DNA from: Kudoa neothunni
Taxonomy: Eukaryota > Animalia > Cnidaria
DNA length: 64,000 nt
Assembly: GCA_964304625.1 (NCBI GenBank)
Contig: OZ199838.1
Location: forward strand, 9,451,245-9,515,244
Direction of reading: 5' to 3'
A program made the translations under genes and the position numbers. Below, piece after piece: positions 1 through 12,052 of the stretch. The first letter of the stretch is position 1; every line of letters starts with the position of its first letter. The notes under the pieces are model-generated. The model ran no database searches. It saw only the letters and a list, made by a program, of their open reading frames with translations, and was not told the DNA's origin.

Positions 1-3000
1 ATCCTATAAATTTAATTTTGTCATGCAGCAATTATGTATAGATGTACTGGACGATAATGAAGATGTTCTTGAGAACCCACATCTAAATGAAATACGACAA
101 GCTAAACGTAATGTGCAAATGAGAAGTAACAAAAGTGATTACAACCCATACGGCGATGATGAGGACCATCTGGATATTGATCAAAGCTACAATGTTGAAG
201 TAAATTTTCTTATAACTAATTGATTGGTATTTATAGTAACTCTGTTTTAGGATAGAAACAGTAGTGATAGACTTTTGTCAAAATACAATGAACAGATTAA
301 CGATCAACCAAAGATACCTTTGATAAGAATTGGTCAAGAGGGATTGTTGTCTGTGGACGGACAGATTGTATCTGTTTCAGAGCAGTTACGACTTAAATAC
401 GGTTCACAAGCGGTATGTCAATGTTTTTATGCGCCTAATCGACTTTTAAATTGCTTTTTAGATCTCTTTGAATTCTTCCAAGAAACAGCCATCAGCGCTA
501 AATGATTATTACTCACATGAGGAAGTTGTTAAAATGAAACCTCGAAAAAAGAGAAGAGTTAAGTCCAAAGTATTATTTGATTTTATGATGGGTAGTTGAA
601 TGTAAAGAGGAATATCTACTAGCTTTTATCAAACGAAATAAAACTTGAAACTCATTCAACAACGGTAGACGAAATTGTTGATTTTCACAAAAGAAAGCTT
701 ACCAAAACTTCCAATGGTAAATTTTATTAGCTAGTTTATTTATGATTTTATTGTATTAATTGAAGAAGAAAACACCGATGAAACCATTGATTCTTCGATT
801 ATTGATCCTGCTTATGATGAATTGGAGACTTTACTGGCTAATAGTAGAGCAAAAATTCAACGATATGAACATCCTGTGGTTAACATTGGTGAAAAGGTAT
901 ATAACTTAACTGCAGTGAGATTTAATTATTGGTATAAGTATGCGGAGAATCGATTGAACTAAGCTTTGTAGTTTTTCATTATTATTTTTTGTAAATATGA
1001 TAGATAAATGACGAATTTTGGTTTGTTTCATTTAAATAATTATTATTTTGAAAATTATCCATATATTAAGCCGTAATGGTTTATTGCAATCCCATTTAGG
1101 AAGCACTGTTTTAAAATACAATTACCACGCATTATTTAAGTTATATATTCCCTTTTTATAGCTTTTATAAACAATTTTATGTTAAATTAACTGTAACAGC
1201 TGGATAGTCGTATACATGCAACAGTTATTTATTATGTTTTACACTATCATCGATGCGATTGTAAAGTTTTTATTCGGATTTAGGTTTATGAGCAATCAAT
1301 CAATAACTACACTGATGCAAATGAAGTGGAAATGGAAGTAAAAGAGGAGGATGTATTGGTCATGGATGATACAAGCGAGTTTGTAAGGTCTCACACAACA
1401 AAAACATTGATCGATCAAACGAAAAGTAATTTTTTACAATTTAATTACTCTCGTTGATAATAAAATTTAAATGAGGTCGGCTTTTACCCGCTGTAATTTT
1501 CTTCCTATACACTCCTATTATAAGTAGAATTAAAGTAAAAAAATCAAGTTATAAAATCTGAATATCCCAACATTATCTTTTTTTGTACGCATTTATGTAC
1601 CTATTTAATTTTTTATTTTAATTTGAGCCATATTGCCCAATTATATCACCATTATCCATATCATGCCAATGCTCAGGATTTTTCACGTCCCACCAGAGCC
1701 GTTCATTAAATGTTCAAATATTTCCGTGCCCGCAAAAATTTGTTCACGCCCCATCTCACCGGGGGATCGTGATCTCTATGTTGAGAAACATTGCTCTATA
1801 CCAGGGGCTGTCAACCATTTTTTCCATTTTACCCTCGTAACGTGGAAGCCAAATTCATATTCATTTTAAGATTTTATACTGGTTTAGCTACGACATAGGC
1901 TATTTGCGAGGTAAATCCTAATCCTAAAAGCATGTACACCTGTGTTATGACAATTTATAATATCAGAAACTCTTACTCACAAGCTGTTTACCGATTGAAT
2001 TTTTTAGATTTTTCTAAATTAGATTATTTTTGGCCCATTTCTTTGCGCTTATGGGCATAAATAATTAAGAATAGTCGAAACTAATGACACCTTACTATTA
2101 TTTACCATGCAAATTACCACGTTAAGTATTATTATTAGGCTATATCATTAAAATATAAATGAGACTTAAAAGAAAGAGACTGACTTTAATTTTTTAAATA
2201 TTTGGTAAATACTTATTTCAAAAGACATTTTAAGCATTTCTGCCAACTTCTTATTGAGTTCAATAGTCCTGAATAATGTAATTCCTTAGGAATCCATAAG
2301 TATATCACAAATCCCATTATGCACAAATTGCTCCCATTCAATTTTGATGTCAATTAATTCACCTCTTGTCATTTAAAATTTACGCCCGGTTGAGAACCCC
2401 TGCCCACGTTAGCAAAAAAATTCCAAGCTTATTCCAAAGTCTTACAAAAATATAGAAATCAATTTTTTCTTTATAACCACAAATTTTGTCTCTTTTATCA
2501 ATTAATTTAGAAAAATAAGATTTTTCTTATAAAGCTAATGATAATTTTGTTAAATCTTTTAAGTAAAGTAGCCGAAAAAATTTCACCCTCCAAATAAAGT
2601 TGAGCATTGACTGACAAAATACGAGGAAAATCCATCGAGTAAATTTTGAATAAATGGCCAATTATTAGAGTTATATTCTATGCAAGCATGCGCGCATATT
2701 TACGTTGTTGCATTTCTAGGGGGTACGGTTGTATTTATAGGTGTATTTCTGCAGTTTTTTAGTTTTAACGTTTAATTCAAGTTTTATAACAGCTGCCGAT
2801 TAATTTATCTTATTTAAACAACGCAGTGTAAAACTGCACAGGAAAACACAAAATGATGGAAAACAGTGCTTATTTCACAAAGAAGTTATCATATATGTTG
2901 TTAAACATATATAAAACACAAAACTTGTCAAAATGTTGAACAATTATATCATATGCATTCTTAATGCTCTCTACAATACGACACTAAGAATATTGATTAA

Positions 3001-6000
3001 CACTTTTCACATATGTTTTTGGATGCTCTCTACAACGTAGAAATAAGCAAACCGATTAAGAGTCATCTTATTTTGAATAACTGATATAAGAATAATGAGA
3101 GAATGGGTAGCTATCGTTGTATTCTGGGGAGAACGACATGCTTATATCGAAATCGCGCGTGCGCGTCGTGTGGATAATGTTTCGTTATTTATTCATTATT
3201 TACTCGATAGAATTTCTGTACATTTTTAAAAATCATATGTATCAATATTTTAAATTATTTTATTTGGAAGGTGTCTTTACATTAACTTTTTGGATATATG
3301 ACTAAACTTCAATTCATTTTTCAAAAAGCTTTCATAAAGATAAAAGATTCCAAAAAGTGGAATGGATTTATGTTCCATTTATACATTATAATATTGTTGG
3401 CATAATTCACTTGGGGTAGAAATATACCACATTTTATTTAGAAGGTTAATATTGCTAAGGTCTAATCGAAATAACTTTTACGGTTACACAAAGGCGCCCT
3501 GAAAAATATATGCTAATTTGAGTTTTGTTTACCTGAAGAGAGATACATTTTCTGCATCTAATTATTTTTTACCAAATAAAGTGGCGCAAGTACTCATGTG
3601 CAAACTTAAAATTTGATTAATACATTCATCACAGCTGTTTACTCCTTATCAATATTACCCATGATATTCTATAGTTATTGTGCTCCTCACTTTAATTTTC
3701 TCAAGCCACTATTACGGTAATTACTGAGATAATTTGTTTTAAATAAGAGTCCGCAAGTTCAAAACGTTATTCACAAATATAATTTTTGCGGAAAATTAAC
3801 TTTTTTCATGCAAGAATAGTCCTCTATATTTTTTTATACTTGCTTCTATCATCGTGGTCATCTTATATGTAATAGGCTTCCGAAATCAAATGTATGATAG
3901 TGATTCTGAAGATACTTCCGATAATGAGGCTACAGATAATATAATTGAGGACGAAGTGTTGTCCAAAGAAACAATTTCCGTGGAACCAGAGTCAAACGAA
4001 GCCAAAATTGAGGGAATTATTTCTGAATCTGTGCTTGGAAAGGGTTTGGCTGCTTCTTTATCTTATGCGAAATCCAAAGGTAGGTTCAAAGTGTTTTTTT
4101 GACATCCAATATAACAAACTACGAATAAATGGCAACGATAATAACTAAATTCGATTGCAGGCTACATTGAAGAAAATCGAAAAGTGCTTAAGACCTACAA
4201 ATCCAATCTTCCTAAAACGATAGCTACGGTGGACGATGATAGAACCAAGTAATTTTATTTGGGATTGATTTTGTCCTCTAAATTAATGCACGAAATTGTG
4301 CATCCCATAATGAATTTTTATTTAGAGGTACACGAAATTACAATCGCGGTGAAGGTAGATATGAATCTTCTGTGAATCGTGGCAGTTTTTCGGAGAAAAG
4401 TGACTACAATCCCGAAATTAGGTTGGAAAACGTCGATAAATTCGGAAATGTTCTCAGCGAAAAAGAGGTAGCGCATTTTTTTGTTGTTTTTTGATCATTA
4501 ATACTCTTAGGCCTTTCGAGTGTTATCACATAGATTTCATGGGAATCGTCCTGGCAAGTTGAAACAATTCAAACGCAAAAGAAAAACTCTCAAAAGAAAG
4601 GTAATAACCTCAGTTGTATTATTTCATATATATATATGCATTTTTTAATCTTAAACAATATTTTTTTAATTGGATCTATGTAAGTACGTATAATAAAAAG
4701 AGTATGTGGTTATCAATCTAACTCCTCAGCAATTTTTGAAATTTAGCATTCGAAATTATTTTAATTTCACATTGAAGTTTTTTTATTTACGTCGAGATTA
4801 AAGTTTAAACTAATCTTATAAAATCATATTTCTAATATTATTATGAACTTTCAAACATAAGCCGTTTTTATTTATATATAAAATACTCCGTAACGAAATT
4901 TTAGAAATAATACTGCAGAAAACAGGATAAATATACTTAAAGCGTCCTTACAAAGCAATAAATTAGTTACTAATTTTGAATTTTTTCTACACGGAGGCTG
5001 TTATTAGTATTAAATAACCTGATCCATCAAGACTCGGAATTTTGTTCGATATTTCCCGCCGACGCCATTATTAAATCCTTATTCATTAATTTAAGTAAAC
5101 CTACCCGTATAAACAATGATCTTCATTGATTTTGGTTAAACAATTTTCTTTAAAATTTTAGCATCTTTTTAATTCGGTTGATTATAACAACCGCCGATTT
5201 CAACCTTAAGTACTTTCTAGTTGTCTTATTTTTTGATGATAAGAATTTCTGTAAACGATAACTGATTAATCTTATTATTAATATTTTTAACTGATCAAAT
5301 AAGTTTTTTATTTTTTGCCATTATTTAACATTTTAACCTTTTTAATATATTAAAATATGTCAAGAAAATATTCTTTAGGTTTCCGATAAAATTATCACAA
5401 TGAGATTGAGTGCGATGTCTTAGATATAAAAAAGCTTTCAATTTTGGTTAAATGGCAAGTTAGCTTACTTATTTCAATTACAAAATTTATTTAATATTTC
5501 CTTTATTAGTGTCCTAGTTTTGTAAGCTAGAATGCTCTTTTTTAGCTGATTTAGCCTACTTAAATGTAATGTTCATACAATTATATAGCTTTTGTTTGTA
5601 ACGGCCGGGAGTCTATCGTTTCATTAACGGCGTGATATGAATTTTGATGAATTGTGTTTGTGTATAAGAAAAACCACCTCTATTTTAGTTTCATTAATTT
5701 TAAAATTGTTCATATTTACAGCCGTGTATTTAATAAAATAGTTATATGCAACAATTAAATTTCTCAAACTTTTATTTTAAAGAAATTTGATTGACTATAA
5801 TTAGTCCAAAAAATTTAACTTTAAATATCTTATTCGTTTTTAATTAAAATATAAGTTCAAAAAGCATCAACACAAAATATCGACAATACATTTATGTTAT
5901 TTGATTTTATATTTTAGGCTGATGAAATCAGCAGCATTGGAACTAATAATACGGATAACGCTATGAAAATTCTCAAAGTCATTAGTGAAAAACAGAAAGC

Positions 6001-6131
6001 TTTAAGAACTCCATTTTTGGTGTTGAGTGGTTCTGCCAAAGGAAATGTGGTGAATGAGTAAGACTCTTTTAATATACAAAATTTGCTGTAAAATGCATTA
6101 TAGACCATCAAATAAGTTATCTAAAAAATAA
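1..6131 (+). CDS. SART1: U4/U6.U5 tri-snRNP protein SART1/Snu66, multi-exon, 5' end outside window
   Basis: Spliced exons give DVLDDNEDVLENPHL..DYNPY..LLSKYNE (42-412), NDYYSHEEVVKMK (461-569), ESVLGKGLAASLSYAKSKG (~3877-4079), EKSDYNPEIRLENVDKFGNVLSEKE|AFRVLSHRFHGNRPGK (~4328-4600) and EKQKALRTPFLVLSGS (~5918-6057). All are SART1 C-terminal motifs. Introns are GT-AG; two long introns, the first holding TE debris. Stop is at 6129-6131, or 6059-6061 if the last intron is not used. Confidence 0.93.
1802..2402. mobile_element. hAT (Buster/Charlie-type) non-autonomous element in SART1 intron
   Basis: Termini CAGGGGCTGTCAACC / GGTTGAGAACCCCTG. The body aligns by eye with 22838-23237 + 24127-24207 + 25391-25520. 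TSD not preserved. Confidence 0.75.
2586..3445 (+). mobile_element. piggyBac-derived non-autonomous remnant in SART1 intron
   Basis: Right end TGGGGTAGAAATATACCACATTTTATTTAGAAGG|TTAA (3411-3449) resembles the right end of the piggyBac at 27676-27741. Left end CCCTCCAAATAAA at 2586 is a plausible inverted partner, but its TTAA is degenerate. Confidence 0.5.
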
Positions 6132-6354
6132 CAGGAGAATGATTTGTACAATGAGAGAATAATTATTCATTTTAGATCGTATTATTGTGATTGTTTCTAT
6201 TTTGATTGTATGTATTGATGGATGATGTTGTGCCGTTGCTGTGTCTCTTATGTTTATTTTGGTAGTTTTTCGTTGGATAGAGCTAAATAATAATAATAAT
6301 AATCAAAGAATAACTCAACTATAATTAATTTATTAGAATAAACTAACTGACTAT

Positions 6355-8278
6355 CTAAAAAATTCTACGATAGAATAATTTATGTACCGTAACTATTTGC
6401 CAAGGTATTAATCCTTTTTTGGCATGTTTATCAACGGCCTTCCATTTTTTGGCTACAAGCATGTCGTTTCTTTCGGTAATAACAACAGCGCTCATTTCTC
6501 TAAGGGTAAGATCGCCGGGTAGATCTCCAGTCCAGTCACAAATTGGATATACCACTCCGTTATTGATGACTCCAAGATTTTGGTTGTATTCTAAATAAAA
6601 AAAATCATTTCCGCGTCCTCCGGCAAATTTCTGGCTATTTAGTCAGCCAATTGTCAGTGGATATTAGTTGGTAATGTTTCAATATAATAATTACCTTCAA
6701 AAACATTAATGCAATTGATTGCGTTTGGCAGGAATTCGTTGATGACCATGCTAGGAAAGCCATCTAAAAAATCAGAGAAAATGTATGGCGACGCTCCATT
6801 TTCCAACAGAAATTTGATGATATTGAGGTGATTGTTGTAGGTGGCAATGTGCAACGGTGTTTGACCCCGTATGTCTTGAGCGTTAATATCGAGTCCTTTC
6901 TCAATAAAATAATCCACAAGACACAAATCTCCCGATTCAACTGCTAAGTGTAATGGGGTTTTACTTCTGGCAGTTTTTTTGCTAATGTCATCCATCTAAA
7001 TAATTCTGATTGAGACCAAGCCAACATTATAGATTGATTCACTAGCAATGATAAAAATAATTCTTAAAATTTTTTGTTGCTGTATCTAAAAATCTCGAGA
7101 TAATTACCATTGGCACCAATTTTTTCACTTCTTCCAAGTCTCCATTAATAATTGCGTCATAATATTGTGCATCAATTGAAAATGATATATTTTTGGTGGA
7201 TTTAACGGTTGATTTTTTCAATATGGATTTTATATTGTTATCACTTGGAGCTTCCTAAATTTGTTTTAAGTTGAAATACCAAATCATATAACTACCACAA
7301 CAATAACTTTTTCATCACTAGACAACGATTTTGATTCGCTTCGTGACAAACCTTGATTACACGCATTGAATGTATCCTTACCTCAGTAATAACTACCTGA
7401 TTTGTTTTGAACCCCATTCTCCAATAAACACATTATTTTTTCCTGGTTCAGTATTGGAGCTGCTTCAAATGAATCTATTAGTTTGATCGAGTTGTGGTTT
7501 TCAGATAATTTTCGATTAATTGATCTCAACAGTGACGGATTATACAACGTAAAGGGTCTAGGTTTGTTTAGGGAATGTCGGTCACTTCTTAATACATTGT
7601 TCCCGTAGTCCAACTCATATTTGGTATTGAATTTGTATTTTAACCTGTTTTTTGGCTTCAAAATTGTTAATGGATTTTTCGATCCGTTATTTTGTTCGTC
7701 TAATCCATTAGCTTCATTGTTATCATGTGAAGAAATAACGGCTGAATTCTCTAGGCCCTGTGAAGGACTATTTTGCGTAGAATCGCTGGGAGATGGTGTG
7801 ATTTGTTCAGTGGATTTATTTGGAAATAATTTTTGCATTATATCTATTCAAAAGGAAAAATTAAGTTTGTGTTTAGTTTAAATTTAACTACAAACGAAAA
7901 TACTTTGATGACACTTGGAAATAGACTCATTAACAGAACTGATACCACAGTGAACATCCTTTTCTTCAGTATATACGTTGATAGTAGTTAACATATTTTC
8001 ATTCATCTAAAAGTTGTTTTATTTTACTCTTCATACAAATTTTTATCTACTTTAGGAGGTGAGGTTTTATGGTTGGAGGTGCTATTACTGCTCTCTGATA
8101 AGCTCTGCGGCGAATGATCGTTTGGAATACTAAACAACACTCTAGATGAATTGAGTGGAAGGTGTTGATTCGAAAAATCTTTGTTGGGAATTGTTCGTAG
8201 TTTAAGGTTTCTCAACTTATCACGCAAATGCTGTGCCCTTGCTTGTTGATTCTTGTTAGACAAATCACACCTTTTCAT
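6355..8278 (-). CDS. ASPP/iASPP-family (PPP1R13) ankyrin-repeat + SH3 PP1 regulator, multi-exon
   Basis: Low-complexity N-terminus; exon 7254-7108 = KSILKK..KNISFSIDAQYYDAIINGDLEEVKKLV (SILK plus RVxF-like, then first ankyrin); ankyrin repeats TPLHLAV/GQTPLHIA (6995-~6700); terminal exon NLGVINNGVVYPICDW..DL..W..GLIP is an SH3 preceded by the ASPP linker (ASPP2 has MGIMNKGVIYALWDY). Start codon uncertain. Confidence 0.8.
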
Positions 8279-11200
8279 TTACCAATTAACACACCTAGTG
8301 TCTATTTATATATTGCGTCGAACTACCAACAACTCTAATAACTATCAAGCTCACTCTCCCATATGATGTAATAAGTGGTCGCTATTGTAGTTGGGGAACG
8401 TTGTTGGTTGAGAATGCGGTCACCTTATTGTTGTCAGTCTCTAGGGAGAATTAAGACCTGCAAAATTATTCTCAGTAATTGATATCAACAGCTCAACTAA
8501 TACAAGCCTCTGCTGTTTCACAGTAGAGGTTCAGACACTAATTTCTAACTTTTTATAGAAAATATCTTATCTAAACCAACAATAATCTGATTTATTATAT
8601 AGTGATCGTTTACATACAAATATGGTTGAATATCTAGAGTTGTATTATATTAGTTGTATTTGTTAATACTGTTGGTGGTCATAAATTGTTGAGAAACCCT
8701 TTATTGAGGGGAAAAACTCTTCAGGCGGATTAATTTCCATAAGAGCGAAATCAATTTTTTACATGGTGTATAGTTTTCTTGTGATGTCATTCGTTTTAAG
8801 TTAATTATATAGATACGATTGATTTGACTTAATTAAAAGAAAACAATCAATTCACTAATTCCATAGAAACTAAAAATTATGACGTTAGCACTTTTCTCAA
8901 TATTTTCTGGCTGCGCGCACTCATCAACTTTAAACCAATATTATCACATTTTTATCGGTTTTGATACAATACTGGTTGATTAAATATAATCTATAAACAT
9001 AAAACTGCAAATTCTTACAGTATTGAATCCAGATATGTATTATTACATACGATGCAAACATTATTCAAAATTTTATTCATATTTTTCATTAGATTTAGTG
9101 AAACATATTATTTGATTAGTTTCATACGATAGAGATCAAATTTTTTTGATTTATTTAAGAATTTAAAGTATGACAAAGACTTATTGTATCATATTAGATT
9201 AATTTTGTTTTTTATTCTATTGACATTTTTTCTAGTATTACTATAACTATATCAACCTATAAATTTTTTCAATTTGTATTGATCTATTATAATAAATAAA
9301 TTAGAATTCGTAATATATATCATTTTCCACTACTTTTAACAAACAAGATTTCAATAAAGTAATATTTTATTGAATCAGACAAATAATAGAATAAGTCTTT
9401 AAAATATTTATCGATAAAAAACTTTTATCAAGTAATCACAAAATTATTATTCGTCCATTTAAAATTTTTTAATAAATACATTTTATTATCGACCAATCTA
9501 AAATATTATACAAGGGGTAAAGAATAACCTTTAATCAAATCAATTTTAGAATACTAATCGTTCATAGAATCTTAAATTAGAATGTGTGAACGTATAAATG
9601 GAATCAGTCATTTCTTCTCGAAATATTGAAACCCTGAACATTAGATATCTTCTATTTCTTATATATTCCATCGATTATGTGATAACCAAACAATATTTTG
9701 TTGAATTACTTTATTGTAATTGATTCTAACAAAATAAAAGCTATAACTTATATATTTGATTATAAACTCTTAATCACTACATAGGAATGAGTGAGAATTT
9801 TTATTGAAAGGACGGTGTATTAGTGTAACCACTCTTACGTCATAATTAAATTTGTGCTATTTTACACATTCGTACTTCCACATCAGGTAGTGTCTTTATT
9901 TTTTCTGTCTTCATATCGCGACCGGACAATGAATCAATAAAGGGGCATATTGTATAAAAAATGAGTTTATTATCACATAAATGCATCATGCAAAAAACAA
10001 GAATTTATAGAAAAAGTTCCCCAATTAAGTTGAGTTTTTATTGTTTTGTACCAATGGGAATTTTTAATTACTTCTTTATTAGAAATATTTCACAGAAACG
10101 CCTCAATATTGTAAAATTTTAGGGAGGGAACATAATTACGTAATAGTAAATCTGACTCCAAAGGTTCACAAAACTAGGCCAACCATAAACTACATGGTAG
10201 CCGACAAAAAGTCAAAATAAGGCGATATAATTGATACAATATTGTGCGTCTCATGATTTAACAAGTTCTACAAAAATGAAATCTACATTTCATTTTCACT
10301 TTTTCCAATCCCCGGCAATTTTCATTTATCTAGTCTTTAGTTCCCGGCTCAAAAATTTCGTACTACACTCTATTGGGGTTGTTATAATAAATATGATTAT
10401 AAATATAGTTGATACAGTCCGATCTGATTAAAACGTGGTTTTGGTTGTGTTTGACTATCTATATGTTCGTTTAAAATATTTGATGATTTTAAAAACCTCT
10501 TGCACGTGTATTTTTAAAGGAAAAAATTAAAAATTTTGTCCCAACCATATGATGTCTCGGTATTGCGTGGCTTCTGCCTAACCCTATTGAACCACGCAAT
10601 GGCGAGGTCATACTGTTTTTATTAATGTAAATATACAATAGAACATTTAATTATAAAAACGTGTATCTTCATAATTCTAAAAATAACAAACCTTATATGA
10701 AATAAAATGAGAAGAGTTCTGCGTAGCATTGACACGTTTATTGTATAAAAATAACAATTTAATGCAGGGGTATTTCTCGGGACAATTATAAACTGAGGTA
10801 ACAAATATTTTTAGTTGAATAACTAATAATTCAATACGTTATATCCAAATTTACGTAATTATATGCCAGACTGAAAAAGAGAACTCATCCAAAACTACAA
10901 TCAAAACTGGTTCGACGTTGAGATAAGCCGATGATACAGTGCTTTTCGATTTAAACTCAAGCTTGAACCCCTTATGTATAATGATTGAATTATAAATTTA
11001 ACCTTCAGAACGAATCAAAATAGCTTAAAAATCAACTTGATTCATAAAAAGTTTATATACTTATAGTCGGAAAGTTCGATCCTAACAATTTTTATATTTT
11101 ATGATTTACCAAATTTTTATTTATTTCGAGTCAAATTTTCAATATAACTATTCACGTTGAACTCAATTTTATTTTAAATTATCAAATAATGTTTCCTAGT

Positions 11201-11322
11201 ATATATTAGTTTCAATATTTTCTTATATAAACGACGTTATTCCGATTACTTTAGTGCCGATCCGTTTATATTCACATAGAAAAGAATAGTTTAAATATAT
11301 ATGACAAATTTAATTATAATTT

Positions 11323-11482
11323 GGAAGTGGTTATTGGTACGGTAAATAATTAGATATAGCAGATTCGAAAAAATTAAATCTGTAACCAGCTTGTAAGTTG
11401 GGGTTGCTGAGATTAAAAAATCTCTTTGTACAAGTGGATATGTCATTTAGGATTAAATTTTACCGTGCCAATAGCCTTTACC
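11323..11482. mobile_element. MULE-type MITE, 160 bp
   Basis: TIRs GGAAGTGGTTATTGGTACGGTAAA / TTTACCGTGCCAATAGCCTTTACC. Perfect 9-bp TSD TTATAATTT at 11314-11322 and 11483-11491. Confidence 0.85.
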
Positions 11483-12052
11483 TTATAATTTTGTAATAAC
11501 GTTAATTAAGTGAAGAAGCGTCAATTTAGTTTTTAAATTTCCCAACTACTGAATCATAATGAATTATCGTGCTTCTAATTAGGGAACCTTGTATCATTCA
11601 AAAAATATCCAAAACTCGATAGGGTTATTTAATAACAGCAGCCAAGTACTCTACAACTATATATGGCACAGTAGCACCAGCAAATAACACCACAAGGAAC
11701 AGACCCTAATTATAATTATGTGGAATAGCTGCATTGCTTACGATTGATTTATTCGTATTTAAGTTACATACGATTTAAAAACAATATATTTCATGATAAA
11801 TTCAACTTATACAGAATAAGCTTGGTTTAGCAATAAAACAGCCAATTACGTAAGGATGCGCTACGTAAGAGTGGTGTTGCATTGTACTTAGTCAAGAATA
11901 TTCGATAAGCCTAAAATGAATTGTCCATATTTATGAAACTCCAAATTAAAATTCATCGGTTGCAACTCCTAGCACAAAAAACGGCCTATTGCTTCTAATC
12001 AATATCAACATAATCGAGGAAAAATGATAATTAATTAAATTTGACGGATAGT

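Noticed and set aside
9828-11876. 13-bp inverted match ACCACTCTTACGT about 2 kb apart
   Set aside because: No TSD, no extension and no transposase remnant; could be chance.
11888-11968. Possible extra terminal TBCE exon (ELQPMNF..NILD*)
   Set aside because: TBCE already ends with its ubiquitin-like domain at TAG 12053-12055.
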